Source of the DNA: the human T2T-CHM13v2.0 reference genome, Homo sapiens
Length of the DNA stretch: 64,000 bases
Reading direction: 5' to 3' (one strand)
Assembly (NCBI RefSeq): GCF_009914755.1
Contig: NC_060931.1
Shown in pieces: positions 1-14,270 of the stretch (its first letter is position 1; every line of letters begins with the position of its first letter). The notes beneath the pieces are model-generated. The model searched no databases. It had not been told where the DNA came from and saw nothing but the letters and a program-made list of their open reading frames with translations. The position numbers and the translations under genes are program-made.

Positions 1-3000
1 GGTAGTAACTAGTAGTGGGATAGCTGGAGCACATGGTAGATCTACTTTTAGCACTTTAAGGACCCTCCACACTGTTTTCCATAGTGGCTGTACTAGTTTG
101 CATTCCTACTAATAATGTAAAAGTGTTCCTTTATCATCACATCCACATCAACATCTTTTTTTTTATATTTTTTTGATGATGGCCATTCTTGCAGGAGTGA
201 CGTGGTATCGCACTGTGGTTTTGATTTTTGTTTCCCTGGTAATTAGTGATATTGAGCATTTTTCCATATTCTTGTTGGCCATTTGTATATCTTCTTTTGA
301 AAATTGTCTATCAATGTCCTTGGCCCATGTTTTCAGGGGATTGTTTGTTTTCTTCTTGCTGATTTGTTTGAGGTCTTTCTAGACTCTGGATATTAGTGTT
401 TATATAGAGAGAGAGAGACTGTGAAGATTTTCTCCCACTCTGTGGGTTTTCTGTTAACTCTGCTGATTATTTCTTTGGCTGTGCGGAAGCTTTTTAACTT
501 AATTAAGTCTCATCTATCTTTGTGTTGCATTTGCTTTTGGGTTCTTAGTAATGAAGTCTTTGCCTAAGCCAATGTCTTGGAAGGGTTTTTCTGGCATTAT
601 CTTCTAGAATCTTCATGGTTTCAGGTCTTAGATTTAAGTATTTGATTTATTTTGAGTTGATTTTTATATAAGGTGAGAGATGAGGATCCAGTTTCATTCT
701 TCTATATGTGGCTTGCCAATTATCCCAGTACCATTTGATGAGTAGGGTGTCTTTTTCCCACTTTATGTTTTGTTTGCTTTGTGGAAGATCAGTTGGCTGT
801 ACGTATTTGGCTTTATTTCTGGGTTCTCTATTCTGTTCCATTGGTCTATGTGGGTATTTTTATACCAATATCAAGCTGTTTTGATGACTCTGGCCTTATA
901 GTTTGATGTGGGGTAATGTGATGTTTCCAGATTTGTTCTTTTTGCTTAGTCCTTCTTTGGCTATGTGGGCTCTTTTGTGGTTCCATATAAATTTTAGGAT
1001 TTTTTAAATAGTTCTGTGAACATTGATGGTGGTGTTTTGATGGGAATTGCATTTAATTTGTAGATTGCTTTTGGCAGCATGGTCATTTTCACAATATTGA
1101 TTCTACCCTTCCATGATCATGAACTGTGTTTCCATTCGTTTGTGTTGTCTATGACTTCCTTCAGCAGTGTTTTGTAGTTTTCCTTGTAGAGGTCTTTCAC
1201 GGCCATGGTTAGGTATACTCCTAAGTATTTTATTTTTTTTATTTTATTTTTTGCAGCTATTATGAAAGGGGTTAAGTTTTAATTTGATTCTCAGCTTGGT
1301 CACTGTGTTGTGTAGCAGAGCTACTGATTTGTGTACATTATGTTTGTATCCTGAAACCTTGCTGAATTTATTTACCAGTTCCAGCAGCTTATTGGGGAAT
1401 TCTTTAGGGCTTTCTAGGTGTATGATTATATCGGCAAACAGCAACTGTTTGACTTCCTCTTTACTAATTTAGATGTCCCTTATTTCTTTCTCTTTTCTGA
1501 TTGATCTGGTTAGGACCTCCAGTACTATGCTGAATAGAAGTGGTAAAAGTGGGCATATTTGTTCTTCTCCAGTTCTCAGGGGAAATGCTTTCAACTATTC
1601 CCCATTCAGTACAATGTTGGCTCTGGGTTTGTCGTAGATGGATTTTATAACCTTAAGGTATGTCCCTTCTGTACGGATTTTGCTGAGGGTTTTAACATAA
1701 AGGGATGCTGGATTTTGTCAAATGCTTTTTCTGCATCTATTGAGATGACCATGTGATTTTTGTTTTTAATTCTGTTTGTGTGGCGTACCACATTTATTGA
1801 CTTGCGTACATTAAAACATCCCTGCATCCCTGGTATGAAACCCACTTGATCGTGGTGGGAATATCTTTTGGATATGCTGTTGGATTCGATTCACTAGTAT
1901 TTTGTTGAGGATTTTTTGCATCTATGTTCATCAGGGATATTGGTCTGTAGTTTTCTTTTTTTGTTATGTCCTTCCCTGTTTTTGATATTAGGGTGATACT
2001 TGCCTCATAGAATGATTTAGGGAGGATTCCCTCTTTCTCTATCTTTTGGAATAGTGTCAGTATAATTGGTACAATTCTTCTTTGAAGGACTGATGGAATT
2101 CAGCTGTGAATCCATCTGGTCCTGGACATTTTTTGTTGGCAGTTGTTTCACTGACATTTCAATCTCACTGCCTGTTATTGGTCTGTTCAGAGATTCTACA
2201 TCTTCCTGGTTTAATCTAGGATAGTTATATATTTCCACAAATTTATCCATCTCCTCTAGGTTTTCTAGTTTATGTGCATAAAGGTGTTTATAGTAGCCTT
2301 GAATAATATTTTGTATTTCTGTGATATCAATAGTAATATCTACTATTCCATTTATAATTGAGCTTATTTGAATCTTCTCTCTTCTTCGTTAATCTCACTA
2401 ATGGTCTATCAATTTCATTTATTTTATCAAAGAAAAATCATCTTTATGTTTCATTTATCTTTTGTTTCATTTTTTGTTTGTTTGTTTGTTTCCCTTTCAT
2501 TTAGTTCTGCTCTGATCTTCATTATTTGTTTACTCCTGCTGCATTTGGGCTTGGATTGTTCTTGTTTTTCCATTTCTGTGAGGTGTGACCTTAGATTGTC
2601 TATTTGTGTTTTTCCAATTTTTTGATGTAGGAATTTAATGCTGTAAACTGTCCTTTCAGCACCACTTTTGCTGTATCCCAGTGGTTTTGATAGGTTGTGT
2701 CACTATTATTGTTCAATTCAAATAATTTTTTAATTTCCATCTTGATTTCATTATTGACCCAATAATCATTCAGGAGCAGGATATTTAATTTCCATGTATT
2801 TGCTTGGTTTTTAGGGTTCCTTTTGGAGTTGTTTTCCAATTTAATTCCACTGTGGGCTCAGAGAGTACTTGATATAATTTCAATTTTCTTAAATGTGCTG
2901 AAACTTGTTTTGTGGCCTATCATATGGTCTATCTTGGAGAATGTTCCATGTGCTGATGAAAAGAATGTATGTTCTGCACTTGGGTAAAATATTCTGTAAA

Positions 3001-3770
3001 TATCTGTTAAGTCCACTTGTTGTAGGGTATAGTTTAAGTCCATTGTTTATTTGTTGACTTTCTGTCTTGATGACCTGTCTAGTGCTGTCAGTGGCATATT
3101 TAAGTCCCCCACTATTCTGTTGCTATCTATCTCATTTCTTAGTTATAGCAGTAATTGTTTTATAAATTTGGGAGCTCCAGTGTTAGGTGCGTATATATTT
3201 AGAATTGTGATGTTTTCGTGTTGGACTAGTCCTTTTATCATTATATGATGTCCCTCTTTGTCTTTTTTAACTGTTGTTGCTTTAAAGTTTGTTTTAGCTG
3301 ATAAAATAATAGCTACTCCTGCTCGCTTTTGGTGTCCATTTGCATAGAATATCTTTTTCAACTCCTTTACCTTAAGTTTATGTGACTTCTTATGTATTAG
3401 GCAAGTCTCCTGAAGACTGCAGAAACATGGTGGGTTAATTCTTATCCATTCTGTCATTCTGTATCTTTTAAGTATAGCATTTAGGCCATTGACATTCAAT
3501 GTTAGTATTGCCATGTTAGGTACTGTTCTATTCATCATGCTGTTTGTTGCCTGAATACCTTGTTTGTTTGTTTGTTTGTTTGTTTGTTTGTTAATTGTGT
3601 TATTGTTTTATAGGCCCTGTGACATTTATCCTTTAAGAAGGTTCTATTTTGGTGTATTTCAAGGAATTGTTTCAAGATTTAGAGTCCTTTTAGCAGTTCT
3701 TGTAGTGCTGGCTTGGTAGTGGCAAATTCTTTCAGCATTTGTTTGTCTGGAAAAGGGTGTGTCTTCCTTT
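1..3770 (-). mobile_element. LINE-1 (L1PB-like), degenerate ORF2 plus 3' end of ORF1; runs off the left edge
   Basis: Minus-strand ORF fragments translate to L1 ORF2: endonuclease (ILTLNVNGLN, NIYAPNTGAP, FSKIDH) and RT ([28 protein letters not shown]); many stops and frameshifts. Confidence 0.95.
3561..3592. repeat. (TGTT)n microsatellite in the L1 inter-ORF spacer
   Basis: Direct reading. Confidence 0.95.
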
Positions 3771-4029
3771 TTACAGCTGAATCAAGGCTTACTCTCCATG
3801 ATGGAGATGCTTGCATGGGCTCTTCTCTCCAGCAGCCTTGCCTTTCACATCTATTCATAGCTCTACATCTATGTTCTAGTGTCAGCTCAGGATTTTGTAT
3901 AGTTGAGATATTTTGGGAGATTTTCTTACTTATTTCAAGCCCAGAAATTCATTAAATGTGTGTGTGTGTGTTTTTTAATCAAGGCTACTGTAATTTTTGT
4001 TTAAGGTCGTCTTCAGAGAATTTATTCAA

Positions 4030-4330
4030 AGTCCACTAAATCTTTTTTCAGTAATGTCTAATCTGCTGTTCAACTCATCTTTTGCATTTCAATGATTGTA
4101 TTTTTTTCATTTGGGGTTTTATAGATGGATCTTTTAAAAAAATCTGCTGGCATATTTTTGATAATCACTTGTCTTTCGTAACACTACCAATGCCTCCTTT
4201 TATTTCTTTACTTATACATAAAAATATATTTATGCTATTTTCTATATTTGGTAATTCAAACTGTCCACATGATTTGTATGTTTGGATATACAGCTTGAAG
4301 AAGTTTGCTGACTCTCACTTATGTGGCTTG
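4030..4330 (-). mobile_element. Old L1M fragment
   Basis: Resembles antisense L1M ORF1/5' region (gtctaatctgctgttcaactcatct; gctgactctcacttatgtggcttg). Confidence 0.45.
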
Positions 4331-4346
4331 GGGCCTTATGCTTTGC

Positions 4347-4711
4347 CAAATTGTAATCCCCCGTGTTGGGAGTGGGGCCTGGTGGAATGTGAATGGATCA
4401 TGGGGGTGGAGTTCTTACAGATGGTTTAGCACCATCCGCCTTGTTACTGAATAGGGCGTTCTCTAGAGATCTGGTTGTTTAAAAGTGTGTGGCACCTCCC
4501 CTCTCTTCCTCCTGCTCCTGCCATGTAAAACATGGCCTGCTTCCCCTTTGTCTTCCTCTATGATTGTGAGTTTCTTGAGGGCTCCCCAGAAGCTGATGCC
4601 ACCATGCTTCCTGTACAGCCTGCAGAACTGTGAGCCAATTCAGCCTCTTTTCTTTATAAGTTACCCAGTCTCAGGAATTTTTTCATAGCCAAGTGAGACT
4701 GGACTAATACA
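4347..4711 (+). mobile_element. MaLR solo LTR, MSTB-like, 5' end missing
   Basis: gagatctggttgtttaaaagtgtgtggcacctcccc; cttcctgtacagcctgcagaactgtgagccaatt; terminal ggactaataca. Confidence 0.9.
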
Positions 4712-5413
4712 CTTAGCTTCCTTACCATGTCAAACATATATTTTAAAATTCTTTTCCTTGGTGTCATATCCCTGGTTTTCATTTGCCATAAATAAGATTT
4801 TTTTCTGCAACTTCTTTAGGAAGACTTCCCTAAGACCAAGATTAGGCAAGACTTTTTATTCCTCTGCAATTTACTTAGTTGTATATGGCACAGTTGAAAT
4901 TACTTTCACATATAGATTATTAGCCAATATAAGTTTCAGAACTCTGTCTGTCTGTATAGTTTTATTTATGTGAATTATAAAATGATATTTATTCTCTAAC
5001 ATTCATTTCACATGTTATTTCCATGAAATCTTTTCTGAAACTCTCTAAACTCCTTTAAACCCTCGGTATAAGACATTTTAATAATTTTCTCCACCTGGAC
5101 CCAGTTTTTAGTAATAATGCCTTAGCAGAGCCCCCAAAGAGATAGTCCACGAGATCATGTGATCTATCCCTTCATCACATTTGAGTGGATCACTCAATTA
5201 TGGACACATAGCATGAGCCTAGCAATCACATTCTATTTCTGAAAAAATAGAAATTTGGATGCAGAGAAATTCTGAAAAGTGCAAAGAAGGGAATTGTAAT
5301 TATTCAGGAATAAACTGTCACATTTTTAAATTAAATTAACGTCTATTCTATTCATTCACCATCATTTTCAAAAAAAAGAAAAAAAAGATCAAGAAAGTCT
5401 ACTGATTAATCAA

Positions 5414-5802
5414 TGTTAAAAGAAAATCCTTAGTGAAATTAAATTTAACATAGTTTAATTGAACAAAGAATGAGTCACAAATTGAGCAGCCTCCCCAGCC
5501 AGAGTAGGCTCAGAGAGACTCCACCACAGCCACATAGTTGAAAAAGATTTATAGACAGAAAAAGAAAGTGACGTACAGAAAACAGAAGTGAGGTACAGAA
5601 ACAGCCGGACGGGTTACAGCTCAGCATTTGCCTTCTTTGAACGTGGTTTGAGTAGTTGGCCCCCTTTGATTGGCCAAAACTCAGTGATTGGCACAAGGGT
5701 AGGTTACAGTCTGTTTACACTTCCATTTAGGTTATAGTTCACTATTTTCAGAGAAACTTAAAATATGTAAGGAGGCAACTTTAGAGTAAATTTGATTTAA
5801 CA
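5414..5802 (-). mobile_element. ERV1 solo LTR, MER57 family
   Basis: TG...CA ends (tgttaaa...tttaaca); antisense reads gcctccttacatattttaag...gtaaacagactgtaacctac...ccaatcactgagttttggccaatc; near-TSD tcaa/tcat. Confidence 0.85.
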
Positions 5803-5814
5803 TCATGTAGGTCA

Positions 5815-6020
5815 CAACCAGAACTTGCATCTAATCCCAGCTACACCATACACTGAACTTTAGACAAGCAATTTAACCCCTTTCCTTTGGTTTACTCAAA
5901 GGCATAAAGGGATAGTAAATAACATTCTAACCACTGAATTGTGAGAACTAATTGCTGAAAACATGAAATGCTTGAAACAGGAACCAACATATATTAAGCA
6001 TTCAGTAAATATTAGGTATT
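5815..6020 (+). mobile_element. MIR SINE
   Basis: Degenerate MIR core and tail (aatcccagct...gacaagcaatttaacc...taagcattcagtaaatatt). Confidence 0.6.
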
Positions 6021-6152
6021 TTGTTATTATTGGTATATGTATCAAGTGTCTAGCAGAAGACCTGGTCCATAATTCATGGCCCCGAATTGTAAATAACTTT
6101 CTCTTCCCCTCTCAGAGCTAATTACCACTGTTGGTAAATGTTTATGAATCTG

Positions 6153-6157
<5 letters not shown>

Positions 6158-6213
<56 letters not shown>

Positions 6214-6242
6214 CACACACACACACACACACATATATATAT
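6158..6242. repeat. Compound (TA)n(CA)n(TA)n microsatellite
   Basis: Direct reading. Confidence 0.97.
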
Positions 6243-9200
6243 GATTTTTTATATCAATCTTTGATTTCCTATATCTCCATTTACTTACTGTTTTTATTTA
6301 AAACTTTCCTATGAAAACCAGATGTAGCAGATTGACCAGACTAAAGAGAACATCTAACCATATGAACTTCATATGGATTCTACATATTCAACATTCTGTT
6401 CATGTAATTTCTAACATTTGTCTACATTAATAATGTAAACAATAATAATGTTTAAAATATTATAGCTATATAACAAGTCTTTGTGGGTTTAATGACTATA
6501 CTTCCTCTTAGATTATAAGCCTGAATATTTCTTTGAGAATTTTATGTGGCTTTTTTCACATTGGCAAAGTGATTGGAACTTTTCTTCTTAAAATACACTA
6601 GAGAACCATGGAGCAGATATGGACCAAGTGGAAATAATGCATTGAGTAGTAATTTAAACCAGTTAAGCATATATTTTCTAACTGGGGTATAGTTTTCTGC
6701 AATTAGGTTATGCTAAAGCTCATATTAACAACTTTGTAGACCTACATATCTAGGATTCAAAATTTTATGTGTCCATGAAAATAAAGGCTAAGATGGAAAC
6801 ACATCAATCCTAGATGATTTTCCTGTTGATAGGTTTTACTATACCTCCTAGCTATACGTTTACATTTTATTTCACTGCTCTTACATATATTTTAATACAT
6901 ATGTATTTTCAACACCATAAAATTACTTAACATTCTTTTTTTTTAAATAAACTCCAGCTGAATTACAGCAAAGCAGAGAAAGATTGAGTATTGTATCTTT
7001 CTTTAAGAAGAATGCTAGAGTATACTAGAGTATATACATCAGCCACATTCTCCATCACTGGCTGCAGCTACTCTGTCTTGAGGCAGCATGGCCAGTCTCT
7101 CCATTAATCATGCCAGATCTGGATTCAAAATGTCACAGCAACAGCTATAAAAGAAAAATTAAGATCACCACAGAAATAATATCATACAAATTTATGCAAC
7201 TGCTAGTATGTTTTAATTCTTCAAAACGTACAATAAGTAAACAAAAACATGAATAGAGTTTTCTGTGTTTTGTTTTTGAGAAATGTAAAAGAATAATATC
7301 TAGCCTATGTTAAATATCTACTGTAAAACTTCACTGGATCTTTATTCACTTACAGATAATAGGCCATCAAACCCTTTGAATCTAACTTACTGTTGAATTG
7401 TTGGTTGATACAAGAAACAAGAAAATAGAAGCTGAAACTTACATTTATATTGTTCAGGTAATTTGAATAAGATTTCTTTCTCCTAGAATAAAGACAGGAT
7501 TTCTACTAATCAAAATGTATTATCTACTCAGATTTGTAAGGTATGATTTTAGAATATGAATTCAAAAGCATAATTTGGAGAATTCTATGACTCAGCTCTA
7601 AGACACTTTGTTACACAGAAGCCATGGATTGTCATTTTAAATGTGGAAGTGATACGATAAAACTCTCACTCTTCTAAGAATAAAGCTATTGCTGGACCCT
7701 GTTATCTCACAACCCCAAGGTACAATATGATAATGATATCACTTAACATCATTGCTGAAGTAGGAAAAACAAAAGGGAAAAGCTGCAAGCATTTTAACTA
7801 GAAAGAACTCAAATTAAAATATTAATTTACTGATTAATATAACATTAGCTGACCTATTTTCTCCAGCTTGTTAAACAACAAAGACTTGTGAAGCTAAATA
7901 ACTGCTTAAAAGATAAATGTTTTCAGAATTCCCAGGGAGATGTTTAGCTCCTTTTTAAACACCGTTAAAGATATGCCTTGCATATATCAGGCAATTTTAT
8001 GCCTTCTGTGCTGAAACATCCTGTTTACATTTATTAATGCATTCTAAAGAATTGGGATTTGCTTAGGGGATCCCCCTTTTTCCAAAACTATGACCAATAG
8101 ATGTCAGGGTTTTTTTATGCTTAGTGACTCATTGTAGAATTTATGAAAATTCAAACTCTTTCAAGAGAGTGAAACAGGTCACACTTGGAAATTTATTTTC
8201 TTAAACCTTTCATAATTTGAGATAATGTTGATTTTAAAGATAAAAACCAGCAAGCTGCTGTCCACATACTCAGCCCCACGACCTCAGAAGTTCAAGCTGG
8301 TCTTCAAAGAATTGTACTGAAAGCAAAGAGGGCTGGCTGGCTTTTGTGTTAAGAAAGTCAAGTTTCTACTACAATTCTGTTACTAATACCATGGACCGCT
8401 ACACCATATTTTTCTTTAAAAAGTGAAAGTTTTTGAACAACATTTCTGTCTTTCTTGAGTTGCAAACTGCTAGCAATGTGGTCATCCAAGACATAAAATA
8501 AAACTCACTTTGATTTGGTGCATTCTGATACATGGTCTAAAGAAAGAGGAATGGTTTTCTTGGGAGAATACAGAATTCAGTGAAGTAATGTAAATAGTTA
8601 AATGGGGTGTAGTTAGTAAAACAGAGATCCTAAAGGTTTTGGTAAGGAGTTGAAGTAGGGATAGACACAAGGGATAGACAGACAGACAGATTGTTGAAAG
8701 TAGTGAAAAGAAAAACTTTAAATAATCTTCTTAGCTCTTCAGAATAGTTTGTTGATGAATGACTCATTCTTAACGTAATTTAGAAGATAATGCTGACTTT
8801 TTGCTCAACATGGGTATTGAACCCTTATCTTTTAGCATAAGAATAATGTGATTTGTTAAAATCCAGTTTCTACTATTAGGGACTCTTCCAAAAATGTCTT
8901 CAAGGGTTAGTGGAGCCTCAGGGTCTACCTGTGAGGTTAGTGACAGCATTAAACCATGTGACCTACAGAGTTGCCAGTTTTCTTAATTGCTTTCTTTTTA
9001 ATTTGGTCTTTCTAAATTTTAGTTCTATAATGTATGTTTTGAAAATAACATTTTTGTTTTTCTCAGCTTCCAAAGCAGTTCGTTGCTTTCTAAGAAACTA
9101 TTCCATTCAAAGTCTTTGTTCTTTTGGTTCAGCCTACAGAATATTCCTTGAGACCCTCTGAGATGCAGTTTTGTGTCAGTTGTTAAGCTGTTTGACTGGA

Positions 9201-9355
9201 ACTTCCCCTCCCTTATTCTTTCTCTGGCTCTCTCTCTCTCTCACACACACACACTCACAGAGATTCTTTGAAAATTGGTTAGAATTAGTACGTATTATTA
9301 AATACATCATCCCCAAACTACTGTCTTAAAAAAGCAATAACACATATAGTGGTAC

Positions 9356-9545
9356 GGTGGTATGCTGGTAAATGTTTAACAACCAGTTCTCTGGGAATAA
9401 TAAGAAAGCTCTGATATTTAATTTTAATGGTATCCCTGGTGTAAGCACTCTCACCATGGCTCATCTCAAGCCACTGAGATAATCTCCCTGAATGTGGATT
9501 TGGGACAAATTTGCACATTTGGCTCTTGTGAACTGGTAGAAGTAG
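9356..9545 (-). mobile_element. MER63-like hAT DNA transposon fossil
   Basis: Terminal motif ggtatgctggtaaatgtttaacaaccagttctct and internal accatggct..tcaagc, ttggctcttgtgaactgg. Confidence 0.7.
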
Positions 9546-9569
9546 AATGACTACTTTTTAACCTAGGCC

Positions 9570-9950
9570 TCTTCTGAAGAGGTCCATGTAGTTGGTAACC
9601 TTAAAATATATGTGAACATCTCCTTCCACAATCCCTCCCCACCAACAAAGATCAGGCTTTCTTATTTCATAATAAAAGGGATAGATGTCCCAAGGTTAGT
9701 GTTCCATGAGTTATAACAGAAATCCACTGTGCATATAGTATTCATCTGGGCCACATCATGTTACCCATGTGGAACTTGAGGCAAGAAGAACCAATGCAAA
9801 TATGTTGATGATCATGTTGACTTCAGTGCCATGAATAATAAAATATTTCTCTCTTAGCCTGAAGTTTCATGCCTCTATCAGCATACATGAAACAGCTACA
9901 GGCTAACTTACTAGTCTGTAAGTAAGATAAAATCAAATTTCATACCCAAC
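9570..9950 (+). mobile_element. Old ERVL LTR, LTR40-like
   Basis: 3' motif cagcatacatgaaac..caggctaacttactagtctgtaagtaagataaaatc downstream of aataaa. Confidence 0.55.
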
Positions 9951-11879
9951 AAATATCCTGTATTGAAACTGATAGAAACACACATGTTCACATATATGCA
10001 AAAGTAGTCTTTATATGTTGGCAATATATAGGAACTTATTTTCATTGATCAGAAATATTGGAATAGCATGAAATAATTTAGATAAAAAATCATTGTTAGG
10101 AAATTTCAGCTTCTAATACTATACAGTGAATTTTTCACTATGAAGCATTCATTGACTATTTATATGTCAAATTATTCCACTGGAATTTTTTTTACCTGCT
10201 GTTTTGCATTGTCATTTTGTTTTATAAAATGTAACTGCCAATACTGATGCAAAGAATATTAGAATATTCAATTTTATGTCACAGTCTTCAGTCAAAATGA
10301 AAGTTTTAACAAAGCTTGAACTACTCACTCTGTTAATATATGCAGACATATTTCCACCAGGTTTTGTGTTCCTATATGTAATTTCCAGAGTCATATTTGC
10401 AATACTGATAATCAGTTATTATAGATATTTTCTAGTTATAATAAATTCTGGATTTTCTTGATTTGAATATACACAAATGCAATAGGAAAAAGGAAGATTA
10501 AATTAAAATCAGTATCAGAAATGTAAACTTGCTTCTACTGTACTCCTAGGCGTCATCTGAATGCAGACTCCTAGGGACCACCAAAAAAAAAAATAAAACC
10601 CAAAATACCATTTCTTCCTCTTTCCTTTTCCTTCACTTCTCTTTTTTCAGATTTCCTTTCCCAACAAATTATTATGTAACATATATATGTTGTATACCAT
10701 AAGTATATGCAATTTTAATTTATCAACTAAAATAAATAAAACTGTAAAGGGTCAAAAATTAAAATGACATTACTATGTAACAGATTTAAGGTTTGAGGTT
10801 TGGTTATCATTGTTTATCACATCATACTCTAGAGTGAATGAATAAATATTTGTTAAGTTTTCAATCAATATTACAATTCTGAAGATGTCTCTAAAGACAT
10901 TAATATAGTGTAGTGTACAATACTAGGTTATATTTTAATACAGTTTTAAACATCAAGATCTTGATAAAACAGTTCCAAGCAGACATTTAATATGCAATAA
11001 AATTTTGCACATATTAAATTCTAAATGCTACTTGATTAAGACTAACAAAAATTATTGTTAATAAAGTAATGTTAGTTGATGACTATGAAAACTCTTCATT
11101 TATCTCACATTACCAGAAGTAAATATAACTAATTATATTAAAATAATACAATTTAAAACTTATTAGCTATAACATATTAGAATTTTATCTAGTTTTCTTA
11201 ATATCGTGTATTATCCTGATCAAAAGTAGTAATGTCATTTTAAATGGCATTATCCCAAACAAGGAACATGAAAGGAACCCAAAAAAATTAAGAATTTTAA
11301 AGATAAATGTTGACCTATTTTTAACTCCTTGATGAATGCACAGAAAGTAAATTCTTCATTTTGTTTCGTGGCTGACAACATCCTCCTCACTCACACTCAA
11401 ATCCTACTTGAGCTCCATCCCAGTGCTATGAAAACATCTTATGGTATTCTAATAGGGCCATGCCCTGTACCCATTAGAGATAACAAATGGAGAAACAGTG
11501 CCAAAAATGTGCCAAATAAAACTCTAATATTTATTTCAGTTACTTATACTGCATATGAAAAATGCTAGCTTTTAGTGTCCTCTTTATCAGGGTCTTTGTC
11601 CTAATACTCACTCTAAGGCTAATTCACTCTCTTTCTTTTACTCTTTCCAGCTCTATTAGAATCACACTCCCACATATTTTAATAGCAGTTAGCCTGATGG
11701 TTATCATATGCTGTCATAATCCACATGCAGGCTGGGATCTCCCATGGAAGGAATTTTTGTACCAAGACTTTAGGAATAAGCTATAGTAAGGATATGCCAG
11801 AAGCCAATTTTGAGGAATTATTCAAAAAGTAATGTAATTCAGAAATTTAAGACTTTCCATCATTTGACCATTTACATAC

Positions 11880-12000
11880 TTAGGCATTGTCATGATACCT
11901 CTTTTAATCTGTAGAAAAACCTGCAAGTTTGCTACTGTTAATCTCATTTTAGAGATGAAAGACTCTGGGATCAAGTTCACGCAGTTAAAAGTCATAAAGT
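11880..12000 (-). mobile_element. MIR fragment
   Basis: ctcattttagagatgaaagact core. Confidence 0.4.
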
Positions 12001-13813
12001 AAGAATTTACAAATACTATAGGCTTTTTCTGTATGTATATATTTCATTATAATTAACAAGGTTAAAAAGAGGGGTTATTAAATTTCCTAATTGTGCTTGT
12101 TTGTTTTTAGAAACAGATAAGTACCACTACAGGAGATTCATACTTAATTTTAACAAAACCACATATTGGATACTGAACATAAATATTTGGTGGAATAGCA
12201 CAATGTTGAATGATATCACACCTTACTGTCCAAAAAGGTCGTTAAAATTTAGAAACATAGAATTAAAATGTTGGATATAAAAGTTTATAGTATACCAATA
12301 CCATACTTTAAACCTGTCAGTTTTTGAAATACTGCATAGACATGGTGAATCATACTACACAGGAGAACAACATTTGAAGTAAGGTACAAACTGAGATAAA
12401 TTTACCATTAAGCAAGAACATCTGTATGTTACATTTTTTACTTGCTCTTTAAATTTTCTGGATAATAACATTTATCTATTTTTACTTCATCTAGTTGTGA
12501 TTTTATCCATGTATTCTTAGTTAAAATTCCAATATATGTTTTTATTTCATGTGTATTTTGGAATATAATGAGGAGAAGTCCTGTGTTTCATTAATATTCT
12601 ATTTAAAGATGTAATCCGTATAGGTAGCTTTGTGTGGCTTTTCTGGAAGAAGATATGAAACATGTAAATCCAAGCTCATTATAGCTGCTAAAAAAGTTAT
12701 ATTCTTTTTTTTTGTTCTTTATTTTTAATACATCTTTTCAGTTTCAAAAGTAGAAGGACTTACAACATCTAGTTTTAGCAAACACAATTCTTAAGGGCAC
12801 TCTATTTGAGGCTATATGATTTTATATCAAATTTTTCAAATATTACAAAACTGAAGATTTGAATCTACCTATTGCATATGGATTTGTGAGGTTCATATTT
12901 TCCCACCAAACTTTTGATCGAAAATTAAAATAGGATCCATATAGCTCCGTGGATTTTTCACCTTTACTATAAATCCTAAAACTGGAGGAATAACAACAGA
13001 TGTGACGAGTTTTCATGGCAACTTTATTATAAAACCAAAGCAGGACAAAGTTCAGGGGCATCAAGACATATCACATAATAACTCAGGTGAAGAGTCTTAA
13101 GAGAACCAGCGTATATTTAGATATATCTTCCTGGCTTATCAATGAAACAATTTTTCATCAAGTTTTGTATAAAAATCAAATGGAGTAAATACACTTGGCT
13201 TATCAACAGAAAAGAAAGAGCTTGTGAAAAGCATAGTGAGCAAAAATGAAGATTTTCAGAACTTCTTTCTGTTATACAAGCTGGGATGCTCTCTTGAACA
13301 TCGCTGCCTTTCATTGTTACTTCTCCTCCTTCTCCTGCTCCATTTTCTTCTTACTTTCCCCCTTTTTAATGCCTATAGCTTTTTGCCAAAAAAGTTAGCT
13401 TTTTACAATAATAAAGTACTGCTTTGTTAAGTTCTACTCATCACTTACCTACATTGCCCCTACCAACGTAACAATTTCATATCATTTTCCTATTAGATAG
13501 GTTCAAAGATAGACTAAAATCCTAAATGTATTTTGAGATACATTTAAAAATCAACTTAAAAATGAATTTTGTGACATGTGAGAAGGAGCATTTGTGCATG
13601 TATTTTAAATATTACATTCTGGATATTTTGACATGGTGTTAGCACAAAGAATTTTCCCTTCAAAATCAACTTAGTTAAAAAGACAAACTGTTGTGCTCCT
13701 AGAATAATAATCCTTTTTTGTTACTATTCCCACATCCCCTTCTTCTCTTTCCTTCTCTCTCCTATGCCTCCTTCCATCTTCAGAAGTTCTAAGCATTTAT
13801 TAAGTGACTATTA

Positions 13814-14116
<303 letters not shown>

Positions 14117-14125
14117 TGACTATTA

Positions 14126-14270
14126 TTTGCCAGTTATTTTACTGGGTAATTTATATGTGACTATATATAGTCCATGCAATAATCCTCTGAAATTGATTTT
14201 GTAATCCTTATTTTAAAGTTGAGCCATATAAAGCTATAAGAAGCTGAGCCACTAAGAAATGGAGCTAGAA
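14126..14270 (-). mobile_element. MIR fragment (host of the Alu)
   Basis: caataatcctctgaaatt..ccttattttaaagttgag. Confidence 0.45.
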
